From assembly GCA_003971905.1 (NCBI GenBank), contig RSEE01000071.1, forward strand, positions 62,001-126,000: a DNA stretch of 64,000 nt. The letters are read 5' to 3'. The DNA comes from Moniliella sp. 'wahieum' (taxonomy: Eukaryota). This document shows, in pieces, positions 1-12,880 of the stretch (its first letter is position 1; every line of letters starts with the position of its first letter). The notes beneath the pieces were generated by a model. The model was not told where the DNA came from and did not search any database. It saw only the letters and a list, made by a program, of their open reading frames with translations. The position numbers were made by a program, and so were the translations under genes.

Positions 1-12
1 CGTGCTTCCCTG

Positions 13-1290
13 GTGCGTTGCCAACCCAATTCTCCCCTCCCCTCCCCTGCCCTCCCCTCCCCTCCCCTCCCCTCCTTGCCCTGTGCCTGTGTTTGTCCGG
101 CAGAACCACTCACCCCTGTGTTGCTGCAGCTGATCGGTGTCCCGCCGGAGGCAAGTCTACCCTGGAGTCCCACTTGCCCAGCACAGCGAGCGAGGCCTAA
201 CCCTTCCCTCCTCCCCCCGCCCTTGTATTCCCTGTCGCCTGCCCGCAGAGCAGCCACACACGCATGTCGTAGGGGGAGCAGCGGTGGGTGGAAGCATTGC
301 GATTACGTGGAACCACTCCTGAAGGATGTACTGGCGACTGTACTGGCGAACAGGCTGTGCAATGAACCTCATACTCCATCCCTCGCCCCTCTTCCCATGC
401 GCTGGCAGGGGGAGCACCTCTTGTGGCTGGGAGGATCTGAGGATCGCGGTTTCGGGTACCGTTCGTACCGTTTGCTTGATCGTTTTAACCAACGCGCACG
501 TAGAATAACACCCGAGTGGTTCGCAGCGTTACTGGCACAGGCAGCTGGTAGCTGGTCTTGCTTGTCGCTTGCCCGGTTCTACTCCCGCGGCTGTTACCAT
601 AAAGCGATGTAGCGGCGCACTCAAACTATAGGCTCAATTCAATGTGTTAGTCCACTCGCTCAGGACGGTAGAGGGGGACCCGAACGCATCCAGCCTATCC
701 TCGCATATCCTCCAACGACGACCTGCCCTTTAAATCACACCTTTCGACGTGTGGTAACCACAGCAGGGCCCCATCACGTTTCCTTTTCACTCACGAGGGT
801 TCCGGGCAGAGAGCATCTCATACCGTTCAGCACTGGCATGGCCTTTACCGTTCCTCCTGGTACTACTACTCTGCCTACCGCTTAAAACCGCATTCTCTGC
901 CAGTACTTGTATGTGGGACGCCTGTGTAGTGGTCAGTCAGAAGGGAGATGGAACTCAGTGCACTGTCCTTTCACGCGCCACAACAGATGGGAACGGACAT
1001 AGGTGCATGCATGGCAAGGGAGTCCCGTACGATCCGTCGGTTGATCTAGTTGTCATCCACGCTCAATATGTGGATGGTGCCTCCCGGCACGGGCGGGGCA
1101 AAACGCACGGCGATTTGAACGTAGTAACCTGGCCAAACGAAAGTCAGTTTCTGCGCCATTTGTCTTGTGCCCTCCTCCCTCCACATTGGAGCAACCTGTT
1201 GAGCTTTAAGCATCGTCGGCGCTTCGTTCCGACCAAATATAGTCGCATCAGTACCTTTCGTGTCGCCTCGGCTACGGGAGTGGGGATCTG
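13..1290 (+). pseudogene. Possible degenerate non-LTR (L1/Tx1-like) retrotransposon fragment
   Basis: Weak resemblance to LINE ORF2 motifs (LIGVPP; GGWKHCD..VLATVLANRL; a C..DG..H stretch near 950-1010). No intact domain. Confidence 0.2.
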
Positions 1291-1425
1291 AGCGCCGACC
1301 ACCTACCTAACCACACCACCCACCAACTACGTTCCGCCCTCAACCCTGACAATCTAACCGTAGACCACACGCCCTGTGCCATGTGGCACCGCATCGCATT
1401 GCCACTGCCTCCATTCTGGGGCACC

Positions 1426-2332
1426 TCACAGCCGTGCTGCGGGCCAGCATCCGCCTGGACGGGGTTGACGAGCGTGCCGAGGCCATGCGAGCCTGCGATC
1501 GCCACCAGGTCGCCGTCGTGGAGAAACAGCGGCGGGAGACGTTTGAAACCCGCCCGGCGGGGTTGCCCATCGAGATGACGCTACCTGCCTCGAGCGTGGT
1601 GCCTGCGCTAAGCTGGGCGATCGTCTCTGCCCACGCCCCATAGATGGTCGGCCGTCGAGCCGGCCTGGACCTGGGTGCCATTGAGCACCGTGCTGAGCTG
1701 CACCGCCTCGGGATCCGGGATCTGGGTGCGAGCGACGATGCACGGGCCAAAGAGGCAGAACCCATCAAAGCTCTTGCCCAATCCCCACTGCGGCACGGCA
1801 AACATGCGCTTGCGCGCCGACACGTCGTTGGCCAAGGAGTAGCCTAGCACGTACTCCAGTGCCTCCTCTGCTCGAACGTCCTTGGCCGTCTTGCCCAGCA
1901 CCACCAGCAGCTCCACCTCGTAGTCCGACTCGTCCTTGGCGACCGGTGGGAGGGGAATGGGGTCCCCTGGCCCAGCGAGCGTAGTGAGCGGCTTGTAAAA
2001 CAGAATCGGGATCGGTGGGCGTTGCTCTTGGCCTCTGCTGCCTCCTGGCCAGGCTGGACATAGTTGGCTCCCAACGCACGCACCGTACCAACTTGTCCAC
2101 GCGTCAACGGCGCCAACAGCTTGCCCACCGTCTTGATCTGCGTGCGGTCTGGTACGCCGGCCTGCAACTGCGCGATGCTCGCTTCGGGCTCGGACGTGCT
2201 CAGCACGGCGGCGCGAATGGGCTGGCCTTGGGCATATGCCAGCCCCACGTCTTGCCCCGCCTCCACAGGCTCGCCAAAGTAAATTTGGTCGTCTTCCTTG
2301 GCACGGAAGCGGATCAAACGGGTCCAGGACAT
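1426..2332 (-). CDS. Fumarylacetoacetate hydrolase (FAH)-family protein, frameshifted in the assembly
   Basis: Starts MSWTRLIRFRAKEDDQIYFGEP. Carries PILFYKP, DYEVELLVVLGK, ANDVSARK, WGLGKSFDGFC, GTTLEAGSVISMG and LGTLVNPV. One downstream frame ends ARL* at 1426, a PTS1-like tripeptide. Confidence 0.9.
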
Positions 2333-3577
2333 GGTGGGGAAAAGGAGGATAAAACGCCAAGGCCTAGGCGGGTCGAAGGAGCTGCCGACAAGTACCAAGT
2401 GAGGAGACGAGGGTGACCGGTGATGACGTGATGACACTGTATTGTAGCAGCACCGTGCCATCGCTCGTGACATGTGACAGGGACTGTCTGGCTACGCTAT
2501 CTACCTGTCGCTCGCCCTCCGCGTCATCGGCCACCGGCCATCGCTCAGCTCATGTAAATGTGAGCCTCATCGGTCCACCCACCACTCACCCCCATCTCCA
2601 ACAAGCGGCCGAAGCGGATGCGGCCCCAAGCGGAACAAGCAGACGAAATGTTTCAGGTTTTGGTGCCCAGCAGCTCCGATTTTTCACAAGCGCGGTTGCT
2701 ATAGATCCTGCTGATGCAGGCTGATGCAGCTGATGCTGGCTGATATATGATAGCTGATACCCACCAAGTGCCACTTGCTCTTCCTTGCCCTCCGCCACAC
2801 AGCCCACCCCACCCATCTAACACAGCTCGGGCCCGGGCAGGCAGACAGCGCAAAGGTGCACTTTCTTCGATTGGTACGCGCTGCCACTGCCTCCTCTCCC
2901 CGATCCTCGACGCAGTTCGGAGCGCAAAGGAACTAGGGCTACAAACACATCGGATCCTGCTGATGCGCTGTGATGCATGATGGCTACGTGTGTGGATCGG
3001 TTTGAGCATTGGAGACGCAGGGTGATTCGCTGAAATCGGAATACTACTAAGAGTAGACGTCTCAACGACCGCACTGGCGTTGATGCCATTGATGGTCCAG
3101 GCCAGAATACTCTCCGCCAGCGTATTCCAGATCAGCCCCCCCAATCTCCTGTTTGGGGGCAAGGAGAGCAGGACGACGGCGTGGCCATTCGGAAGAGGAA
3201 AGAAGAACCAGGTGAAGATTGGTGGGCAAGTGTGTATCTGCTGTCTTGGGACTCGACTCCCTGTCTCGTGCAATTATTTGTAGTCTGAGGCTGAAAGTTG
3301 ACGTTCGACACGGTCAACGGTGGTCAACCACCAACAGAGACGAGGCATTATATTGATTGCCCTTCTTCCAGAACTTGTACCCCAATCCCTCGGGTTCCTT
3401 CGGTTTGGCTCGGCCTGTACAACTACATGGGCAACGAGTACACACGATGCCCACACACACCCATAGCAGGTTGCGCCCACTTGGGCGCCTAGGCAGGCCA
3501 CTGCGGCGCCCAGGCCAACAAAGAACACCGGGCGAACCGATCCCCGTGTCCAGGTTAGGTATAAACTACCTGAGTTC

Positions 3578-4917
3578 TCACCGTCGGCACGCACTGTGTC
3601 TGCGGTGCAACCGGCAGTGCAATGGGGGGAGCAGAAACACACTTCGTCGATCATTCAGCCTACAACACACACAAGTACCACGGCGCAAAGTCTGGGCAAC
3701 ACTACGCAGTCGGGGGACTGGCACCCCGTCGGCCGTTAAGCCAGCTGCCGAGGACGAGGGAGCTGCCGGGGGCAGGGGCGCCGGGCTGGGCGGTGCCTGG
3801 GCCGGGGGGTCAGGGAGGTGAGCGGGCCCCGGGGCGTACGGGTGGGTCGAGGAGAACATGGACAGTAGTTGATCTGCCGGGGGCGGGGGCACGCCGGAGC
3901 GCCATTGTACTGGTACGAATAGTGCTGGGCAGGTTGGACTGACGGCGGCGAATGCACGGCGGTGCGGGGTGTAGGCGATTCGAGTAGCACGATGCCGTGG
4001 GTACGGAACAGCTTGACCAATTCCCGGTACAGCCACGGTTGCGCTTGCGCCTGTTCCACCAAGTTGAGCATCTCGATCGACAGTGAGGGGTCTGGCACAA
4101 CTGGCTGTCCGGCTGCCGCTGCCGCTGCCGAGACGGCAGCAGCAGCAGCCTCCATTGCCGAGCGGGACGAGCGAGGCCGACGACCATCGCCATCGCTCGC
4201 GTCCGAGCCAGAGCGGAAGCGGCGCTTGCGCCCGCCACGCGGAAAGCTCTGACGGGTGGCAAAGATGCGGAGAACATGGGAAATATTGGCGGCAGTGGGT
4301 TCCAATGCAAAGAAATGCTGGAATGACGGCGCGATCTGCAATTCGTCGGGATTCTTCTGGCTCAGAAGCTCCTCCCATCGCTTGTGATGCGCCACCGCCG
4401 TGTTGTGCGTGACGATGCGAAAGTGGCCCGCGGCAACCTCGGCCTCTTCGAGCTTGGAGAGACATTTGGGGCACGGGCACAGTTTCTTGTGCATATCCGT
4501 CCGACCGTCATTCTGCACCATGTCGCGCTTCATTGCCGCCAAGCGCATTTCGCGCAACACGCGTCCCGTCGCGTCCGTGTCGCTGGTGGGGATGGGGATG
4601 GGGACGGAAAACGGGACGCTGGGGTCGGCGAACGCGTCGGCGGGCAGAAGGGACATATCGGCAGGCAAGGCAGACGTGTCGGCGGGCAAGATGGACGTGT
4701 CGGCGGAAGGCGGGACGACGGAGCTGGACTCGGGCTTGACAGCGGACACATGGCCGGGGGCAGGGGAGCGGCGTCGGGAGGCGGGGCAGCGGCCTGGGAG
4801 ACAGGTGCCGGGGGCGGCAGGGCCTGGACGGAGGCGGGGTGGGGATGGCGGGGTGGGGCGACGACGTCCATCGGGGGCAGCAGCAGCAACGCGTACAAGC
4901 GGCAAGAGCACGGGCAC
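3578..4917 (-). CDS. Hypothetical Pro-rich protein with a CPCPKC..H..HH motif, possibly the N-terminal part of a decayed CACTA/EnSpm-type transposase
   Basis: Overlapping long ORFs 3736-4917 and 3578-4480. Contains HKKLCPCPKCLSK..HNTAVAHH. Downstream 2940-3270 has only faint Tnp2-like residues (SLPPNRR, ANHPA). Confidence 0.3.
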
Positions 4918-5434
4918 GCGTCGGGGGAGAGGAGGGCGGTGGGGGCGGGAATGAGGGATTGGGCGTTGTGCGTTTCAATTGGGGAGCGCGTTTTATCAAA
5001 CTTTCCCAGGGCGTGTTTGAACGGCGAGGCTGAGGCGCGCCGAGTTCCACGTCAGGCCAGCCGCCATGTTGAACGTTCAACTCACGTCAGTCGCCGCGGC
5101 ACTGGCCCAGTCGTGTGCGCGCGCTCGAGCCAAGTGGCGCCAAGCCACAGCAGGTGCTCGCCTCTTACGTCAGGCAAGCGGGACTGCGGCGTACGATTTT
5201 CACATGTCAATTGCATGTCACATGTCAATGCTCTCCCATTCTTCTTCGCTTGACGCTTCCCAACAACAGACGAAGACAACAGGGGGTCCCATCCCTCACT
5301 TTCGCACTGGCTCAAGCCAGCGTAAGAGGGGAAAACGGAAAAGGGGACATTGTGATGCATCCCCATTCTTCCCCATAGAGGGCTCAATGAAATGGGCACT
5401 ATGGCAAGGGGAGGGGCAAGGAAGGGGTTCGATA

Positions 5435-8400
5435 CATAGCTAATCGAAATTTCTAACCCACAACCTTGCCGGCCTCGCCACATCTTGTCTTTAGATTTGA
5501 GGGGCACACCCTGTCACAGCCTCGCCAACACAGCTAGCCCCAACCTCTTGGACCACATCGCGGCAACGCCGCCCAGCGAGGTTGTCCCTAGATTGCTGCC
5601 TATAAAGCTCGTGGCAACCTTGCCCACCATTCTAGTAACAAACCTTGTCCGCCATTCTAGTCGCAATCTTGCCCGCCACCCTATTTCGCGACACTGTGGA
5701 TAGCGGGCAGCCTCGACCCATGTTAAAAAGGAAGGTGTGTCCAGGAATCGAACTTGTGGTTTCCCCCCTGAAAGTAGACATAGACCGTTGCACCATAAAA
5801 GCACTAACTACTTTGCGGCGATCACTGGACCCAATATTCGTATGTCCGTTTTCACACGAAGAGTCGTCAAAAACATTTGTAGACTGGTGGTGAAGAGTAT
5901 ACATCAGTGGTGGGTACAACTTCTCATAGTATCATTCGTAGCCCATATGGAACCGTCTACACATTCATTGCTGTAATTGTACTGCCCGCACAATGTCCTC
6001 GTCCGTCGATGGAACATTATCGTCCTCGACCGCCCAGTCCTAGGCAAAGGCCAAGTCAACAAGTCGCAGGATGTCGATGTGGGGAGAGACAGAGTGTGAC
6101 AAAGTGGTTAAGCACTAACGTATAGCAGCGCTGCACCGCCGATGTCCGAGCCCGTCTTGCTTAAACTCATCCAGCAGCTCCAGGACCCCGAGACGAAATC
6201 GGGGAGTGGCTTCTTACGTTTCTTGCTATTACTTGCCCCTGCCGAGTCATCCAGACTCTTTCGGTACTTAAACAGGAGAAAGGAGGCGTCCTTCAAATAC
6301 TTGTCGTTCACCCCCGTCTGGTTTGCTCGGTCGTCGACCCGACCGTCGTTCTGGACGACCATATCGAGCTGGTGATCGACTTCGCGCCTATAGTAGCTTC
6401 GACGCTTGAACGTAGATTCCTTTCCGTCTTAATGTGTTCGCCAGTTAGTCAGTCGCCTTGGTGCACACTCAGCACAGCACTAGAGCCTCGTGTACGCACC
6501 AGACAGTCAGTCACGTTCTCCGCCAATGTATTTGTACCCGTTGCCATCCGCAGTCGCACAAACGACAGCACACGTGAGCAGTCATGCACATCACTGAAGC
6601 CATCTCGTTATCGCCCTTCATTATCGGCAACACGGGCTGTACAACCCATCCCTCGGTATTCGAATCCCAGACAGGGATGAGCTCCTCGTGATACTGCCTG
6701 TGTAGTTCGAAAAAGGCATTAGCAAGCTTTCTTTCCTTGCAGGAATCACGGCGGCTTCACACTGCAAGCAACTTGGTAGGTAGTGATACTCACACTTAAG
6801 CTGTTTGACCAGCTGCTCGCACAACGGGAGGAGAGACTTTGCTGTTTCTGCTGCAAACAAAAAAGGTTCTTTGCCCTTCTAGACTCGGCCCGTGGTACGT
6901 CCATGTTGCCCAGAAGCAGCTGTTAAGAGAGCTTGGCCAATTGGACACATTGTCTCCAAAACCATTGGCCCATCCCACCAGCTGGAGACGGACTAGTTGT
7001 TTCGGTCACAGGCCGTGGCACTGAGGGTGCTGATGCCCTTCTTTTTCCTCCCCGTCCCACCACGTGCCTATGTCGTACCAGGATGGAAGTCAGTAAGCCA
7101 AGAGTTTCCGCTGCGCGGTGGAGTGCAAGGCAGTTTACTGATGGCCGTCGTTGAGGTGCAGCTTTTTGTCATGTTCACCTAGGCAAGAAAGGCGGTACGT
7201 GTCGTTTTGCATGTGAACTTCAGCAGTTTGGTCGTCTCGTCCTGGGCCGAGTTGGCCCCGATGTTGTACCACAAGTCACTGTCGGCGTCGTGTTGCCACA
7301 AGACGAGAAAGATAGGCGCGGTAATACCGAGCAGGTGAACAGGTTCGCCAAGGTACATGTGAATATCCAGATCGCGTGGACGCTTATTGACCATCGGCTC
7401 AGTCACTTGTGCCGATCAGATCCCATCGTCCCTTGTGTGGTTCTTCCATGAACCGTCCCTGTGAGGACCTGGACCATAGCCCTGGGCGACCAGGGCTTGG
7501 TTTACTGTGGCATCTTGGAGCGGATGGAAGGGTTCGAGGACATGTATGAGCTGGAAAATGCCGTCGACCGAAGAACACAATGTACATCGTCTCCTGATAC
7601 GAACTGGATGCTCCGATGCACACGAGAGGCTGCTGCACCTTCTCAATTGCCTTATTTTGTTGAGCGAGTAAAGAGACAATTTCCCTTCGGTCTTGCCCGC
7701 GACTTGTGCGAATGTGGTCTTCTCTCGCAACGAGATAGTTGGACTGGAGTATTCGTGCTGTATATAGCTGCTGTCACGACTATCTCAAGTGCACAACGTA
7801 AAAGAATCTATATATGAAACGCCCAGGCTGCAGGGGGGCGCCGTGGGCTAGCGGTGGCGGGGGGGGACAACACTGGCGCCATGCGGGTGGACCACCGGTG
7901 GACCACCGGTGGTTGCGTCTATAACCGTATGCAGCTGCGCCGATGCTCTTGCCTCTCGACTACCACCACCATCACCACCACCTCTCTCTCGCTGGCCACA
8001 CACTGTGCTACCAGAGCTGCGCCATGTGCCCGGCTCGTTGCGCTGCCATTATATACACCCCCGCCGACGTGCTTGCTGTGCAAGGGCCCGGCCTCGGTAT
8101 GTCCACGCCCCCCGGGCGGATGCTTGTCGTACTGACTCGTCTGTGCGCAGCTGACGGAAACGAGTCGACCACGCCTGGTGGCATGGTCTTGCCTGGTATC
8201 CTTCACGTCAAGATATCGGTCATGCCTCCCAACAGCGATTGAACATCAACGACAAGGGCGCTTCGAGCGGACGGTCGACGGCGACGGTTTCCACGGCCAG
8301 GGCTCGACGGTCAGTACCTGCGCTTTGTCCTTATCCGCCCATACACTGACAACGCCTTTAAGCAGGATGATTGAAGAAGGCGCTCAAGTGCTGCGGCAAC

Positions 8401-9048
8401 GACCACGGAACATGTGCAGGCTTGCACACAGATCATCGTTCGCCGTATGGTTGCGGGACTCATTCTCCCTCTCGAACGCGATGACGCTTCGCCCCCACGC
8501 CGCAAGTTGTATGGCCCGTGTCTTTGCCCTTCGGTCCCTATCATCTCGGCGTCCCCATGACGTTTTTGGTCCGCGATTAGACGACGAAGGCAAAGCTTCT
8601 GGTTGCCGCCGTCCTGAGGCTCCTCGAACAACCTGCCGTTGCCTTGGCGCTCCTCTACTTCTCTGTGTCTAAACAACCATGGCAATGCATGCTTTTAAAG
8701 ATAATCCACTGCCTGATCTGATAGCATCGTGGTACCCTAGCCACCACCCTAGCCGCCAGCCTGGTGGAAATCTGTGGCTAGTCTTGCCACCAGCCTGGTG
8801 GCAATCTGTGGCTAGCCTTGCCATCAGCCTGCCAGCAAGGCTGCGGACTGTCCGGGGATAGGTGGGGGATAGCTGGGGCAACCTGGCGCCAAGCTGTCGG
8901 GCAGATTGTCTCGACCTTGAGACCATCTTGCCGCCAGCTTTTCTTGTACAAGGTTGTGGCAATTCTAATCATAGTCTAACGGTATCAAGTTACTACCCTG
9001 TGGCGAGATCGGCGGCAACGTTGTGACGAGAAATTTCGATTAGCTATG
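5435..9048. mobile_element. TIR DNA transposon (3.6 kb, no intact transposase) inserted into copia copy B
   Basis: Perfect 20-bp TIRs CATAGCTAATCGAAATTTCT (5435-5454 and 9029-9048), imperfect to about 50 bp. TA is duplicated on both sides. The empty site ttcgaTAaacattttgt is present, reverse-complemented, in copy A near 50912-50928. Confidence 0.85.
8740..8835. repeat. Subterminal ~34-bp tandem repeats of the TIR element
   Basis: ccagcctggtgg(a/c)aatctgtggctag occurs twice plus a partial copy. Degenerate repeats (aaccttg..cc..cattctagt) also lie at 5610-5670. Confidence 0.7.
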
Positions 9049-9050
9049 TA

Positions 9051-9429
9051 AACATTTTGTAGCTAGCGTCTGTAACAAGGCGGGGAATGTCACCCGTTCG
9101 GCACAGATAGATGCCTTGGCCCCACGCCGCGACCAAACTCTGGATTCCGGCCATCGAGAGCTGATACGCACTGAATAAGGAAAAGAAAAAGCACAATAGA
9201 AAGAGTCGGGGAGTTGAACATATACAGGGGAGGACCGGTACATGTATATGGATATGAATGAAACAGTGTCAATGCCATCGGCTTGCACGACCCGGCCCTC
9301 TGCAAGGACTATAGAAGCACGACTGGGGTAAAGTGAAGTAAATGAGTTCTTATCCTTGAAGACAGACGGGCGCGCGCCTGAATCATGTTGCGTAGGAAGG
9401 GTGGCTGGCGGAAGGCTCCCCGCGCAGTC
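9051..9429 (-). pseudogene. Copia aspartic protease fragment (copy B)
   Basis: QHDSGARPSVFKDKNSFTSL..IVLAEGRVVQADGIDTV, in frame after the TAG at 9432-9430 and cut at 9050 by the TIR element. Confidence 0.8.
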
Positions 9430-11074
9430 CTATTTAGGAGGGTGAGAAGGAGAAAGTCTGAATGCAACGGAGCCCTCGGGACCAGGAGGAGGCAAAAAGA
9501 CAGACCCGCCGGAAGTCGCCGTACGCGGATACGCTGTCACAGAAGACCCCGGAACTGGGACCAGGTCCAGTTGGCAGCACCCTGGAGCCCGTAAGATGAA
9601 GTTCTATATCCCCGCGTGGACCGGACCCGGACCCAGGTGCAAATCCCCCGCCCCGACGCGCCCAACTCCACTGGGATGAGCCGCTGCTCCGGTACGACCT
9701 GCCACCGCGAGAGGAAGGGTTTCGAGAAGAAGGATGACCACGTGAACTGCGTCCAGGTACGTCCGGAAGAGACAATTGTGGACGGGTCGCGGCCGGCCGA
9801 CTCGCAATCAACAGCAAGAGTTGGTCATAGTCTGCCTCATGATTGCACGCCACGAAAGAAGGATCTTGGAGACCATTGAGCAAAATAGATCGTAGGATAG
9901 GGTCCGGGACTGGTGCCAATCGCACCTCTATTTTGTAAGCGAGATTGCGGTGCCGTTCAACGTAAGCAGCGCCGTTGAATTCCCAATACGAAAGCAATAA
10001 GTTGGTGTAGGATGTCAACGTGTTCTGCGGGGGATGATTGACCGTAACGTTGAAGCAGGATGTGAAATAATATGGAGGCCATGCCGCTAGTCTGAGAAGA
10101 AGGAATGATGAACTGACGTTGCGGTGAAGATGGGCCATGAGGGGAGCATGGAGTTTGCGGTCCAGGAGGCTGTTGTAATAAGGACCACTTTCGCCATTTT
10201 GAAGCAGCGCATGTGCACCACTCGCTGCGTTGTCGAGGCGGTCCAGAATTAAGTCGGCCCACGCCCAAAAGTCTTGTCCGATATTGTACTTGTCCGCAGT
10301 GTTGACACCGCGTGTAAGTTTTGCCAGAAATGGGAAGGGCTCCTCATTCGCGGGTACAACAGGCACGGATGAGGAAGTGTTGGACAATTGCTTCGCAGAT
10401 ACGGTCTTGTCAAGAACCGCCATGGCAGCCGACACGCCCACTTCGGTACCCCACCTATTCTGGGCCAAGTCAACCAGACACTCCGCAGACATAATGGAGC
10501 TGAGCCTTGTCAACATAGACATGATCTCATCGTCGATTGGTGGAGAAATGGACGCAGTGACAGCAGGAATGTGTTCCACGTCAGGCAAAGATGGGACGGT
10601 TGCCCTTGGGGTTGGGACAGGATCCATAGGCTCTGATGTTTCGGAGGATTGCTTGGAGGAAGAGGAGAAGAACCAAGATGAATCGCAACAGCCCAGCATA
10701 ACATGGTGAAAGACGCCACGCAAGTCGTTGAATTTGTGGGCGACAGGCGTTTGGGAAGACGGATCGCTGGAGACCCCTTTTGTAGGATCCCCGATCATTG
10801 TCACGATCTTCTTTTCAAGAGAAGAAATCGGGTCCGACATAGTGCTCAAATGGTTCTGAAAATCAGATGCATAACCGTCCCCTTTGGTGGCTATCAGGGA
10901 CGTCTGTCCCTCGAGAACATGGTAAAGGGTTTTGTACTGGTCAAGCTGATACTTGGCCAGTTGAGAAGCGCGTTCGAAAGAAATTCGGGTCGTAGGAAAA
11001 GGAGATGGAAGATGGTTGTCGACCCATTCGGGGTTTGGGAGGCCAAGAGGAGTAGGGTGTGGAGTGGCGCTCAT
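9430..11074 (-). CDS. Gag of copia copy B
   Basis: 553-aa ORF downstream of the LTR, colinear with copy A gag (YNSLLDRKLHAPL, YVERHR, LLNGLQD). C-terminus is R/G/S-rich. The homologous frame ends SPSHPPK* at the TAG. Confidence 0.8.
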
Positions 11075-11204
11075 CGTGGATGCGATATGCGCCAAGATGG
11101 TCGGAGGGTTGTTGAAGACGTGGGAGGAAACGTGTATGGGGACAGGGAATGCTTAGGTGATCACCGCGTTGCTCACTGGGTGCGCGAAGAGTAGGAACTC
11201 GATC

Positions 11205-11435
11205 TGATGAGATCTGTAGTCCGGACGGTCCTCAAGAGTGATGAAATCGCACTGATGGTGGTGGTGTGGCAACCAGCAATGCCTACAGTAGATGAATATC
11301 AAGCAGCGAGTCGCCATCAGGGGCTAAGCTGCCGGGCAAGGAAAAAACAGGAGAGAGAAAACAGCAGAACTCCTAGGCCTGAGGAGGAACTGAAGGGACA
11401 TTGGACAAAGCACGAGCCACCCGGCACATTGAGCA
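11205..11435 (-). repeat. 5' LTR of copia copy B
   Basis: TG...CA termini on the minus strand and clear similarity to the LTRs at 48567 and 54122. Confidence 0.85.
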
Positions 11436-12499
11436 GAGAGTGTATCATTGGACGAAAATAGACATGGCCCACATGCCAAGGGTAAGTCCAAAACAAACCA
11501 AAACGGATGAATGTGTGTACTCGGACTACCACAGGATCCGAAAATGGGGTGGACAAACATTCTCACACATGTGATGAATGTATTGGTGTAGAAACGTAGG
11601 GGAGGATGGGTTCCAGAAAGGGCAGGCGAATGGTGGGTGACAAAAGAACCTCAGATGATTCATCCATTTCCCTTTCGCTTCAACTGCTGCGCTCTCACAA
11701 GAAAACACTGGGCACTGGGCCTCCAGCCCAGTTTGCGTGCCGTTTATGTGGGAGGCTGGTTTACAGTCGGTTTGCATTGTATGTCTGCTTTATCGTCCCA
11801 GCCCTGTTCCATATGTAAAAACAGAGCGACCATTCAGGTCCACTTCGTCGTAGCCCTCACAGTTCACCGTTCCAGCAAAAATCACTACGCATTGCATGAC
11901 ATTCACCTTTGCGTACTACTACACCTGCTCAATACGGCGAAGAGAATGATGATCAATGGATGGGACATGTGAATGTGGTCCAACCTATACAAGAATGACT
12001 TCGAATGTTCCGAAGCAGACGGAGGAGGAGGGTGTTACAGGGGAGAGCTATAGGTGGGAAATACTACAGGATATCTCCGTGTCAGAAAACGCAGGGCAAA
12101 CACTGACATTTTTGGGTGCATGCTTGATATACTCTGCGTTCTTGCAATCAGCCTCTGCCCGGTCTGAGCAGGCAAGGCAACATTTGTCATAGAGTGAGCT
12201 CCGAGGTCGGGCCCACCCCTGTAATTTAGGGGAATAAACCTTTGGACGGTCAATCACTCGGAGCCACGTACGGTATTTCAGCCTCAGATCCTGGTCGACC
12301 TCACCAGGTGTGGAGGCGAGGAGAGACTCTTTGCTTAAGGGGGCTGCCTTCGGTACTCCTAGGCAACGTGGGTTACTGTTCATTACCACCCTCGACGTCA
12401 TGATAAGGGAAATCATCCGAAGTCCTACCTGAAGATAACAAGCGCTATCCTTGGAGTGACCGCGGCTTTCAGGGTAACCGACGTGAGTCGTAAATTCGT

Positions 12500-12880
12500 A
12501 AGCGTAAGGGTGAAGGAGTCAAGTGGGAACTTCGCACTTGCGTCTCCTTCTCACCCATGTCTGTGGTCCTACAGAGTATGAGGAGCTGCGCACTGCCCAA
12601 TATTTGGACCACCTGGGAAGAACCAAAGTGTACCCTACCTTCATTGTCGAAGCCACGCGCGCCTACCATTTGCTCCATGACGATCGTGTGATGTACCTCT
12701 TCGTCAAAGATTCTCTTGGCCAGTACAGAGGCCCTATAACCGTCCGCACCGCCATTGTCGCTCTCATCACCAACGGCCTCATCATCACCGAGGAGTTACT
12801 CACCTCGGTCTGGAAGAAGTTTTCAAACTAAAACAGCTGTCGCTGAGGACTTCTTTTTTCAGCTGAGACACCAATTCTCA
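12500..12880 (+). mobile_element. Helitron Rep/Helicase relic (may extend ~11440-13400)
   Basis: LRLLLTHVCGPTEYEELRT..VYPTF..HLLHDD..WKKF..AEDFFFQLR matches the RepHel linker pattern YLRLLL.HV.GPTSFEDLRT...YPTF..A.GLL.DD...LW.KF...EDF. Confidence 0.75.

Larger units (their letters stand above)
5380..11435 (-). mobile_element. Truncated, interrupted Ty1/copia element (copy B): 5' LTR, gag and protease, split by a TIR element; IN/RT/RH and 3' LTR missing
   Basis: LTR, gag and protease are homologous to the element at 48567-54355. Homology resumes for about 50 bp left of 5433, across the inserted element. Confidence 0.85.

Noticed and set aside
6650..6680. TTCGAATCCC as a tRNA T-loop
   Set aside because: No cloverleaf or A-box can be built around it. 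No tRNA or rRNA gene was recognised in the window.
7660..7710. KRQFPFGLA as a Pif1 helicase motif
   Set aside because: The following T..KSQG motif and the other helicase motifs are absent.
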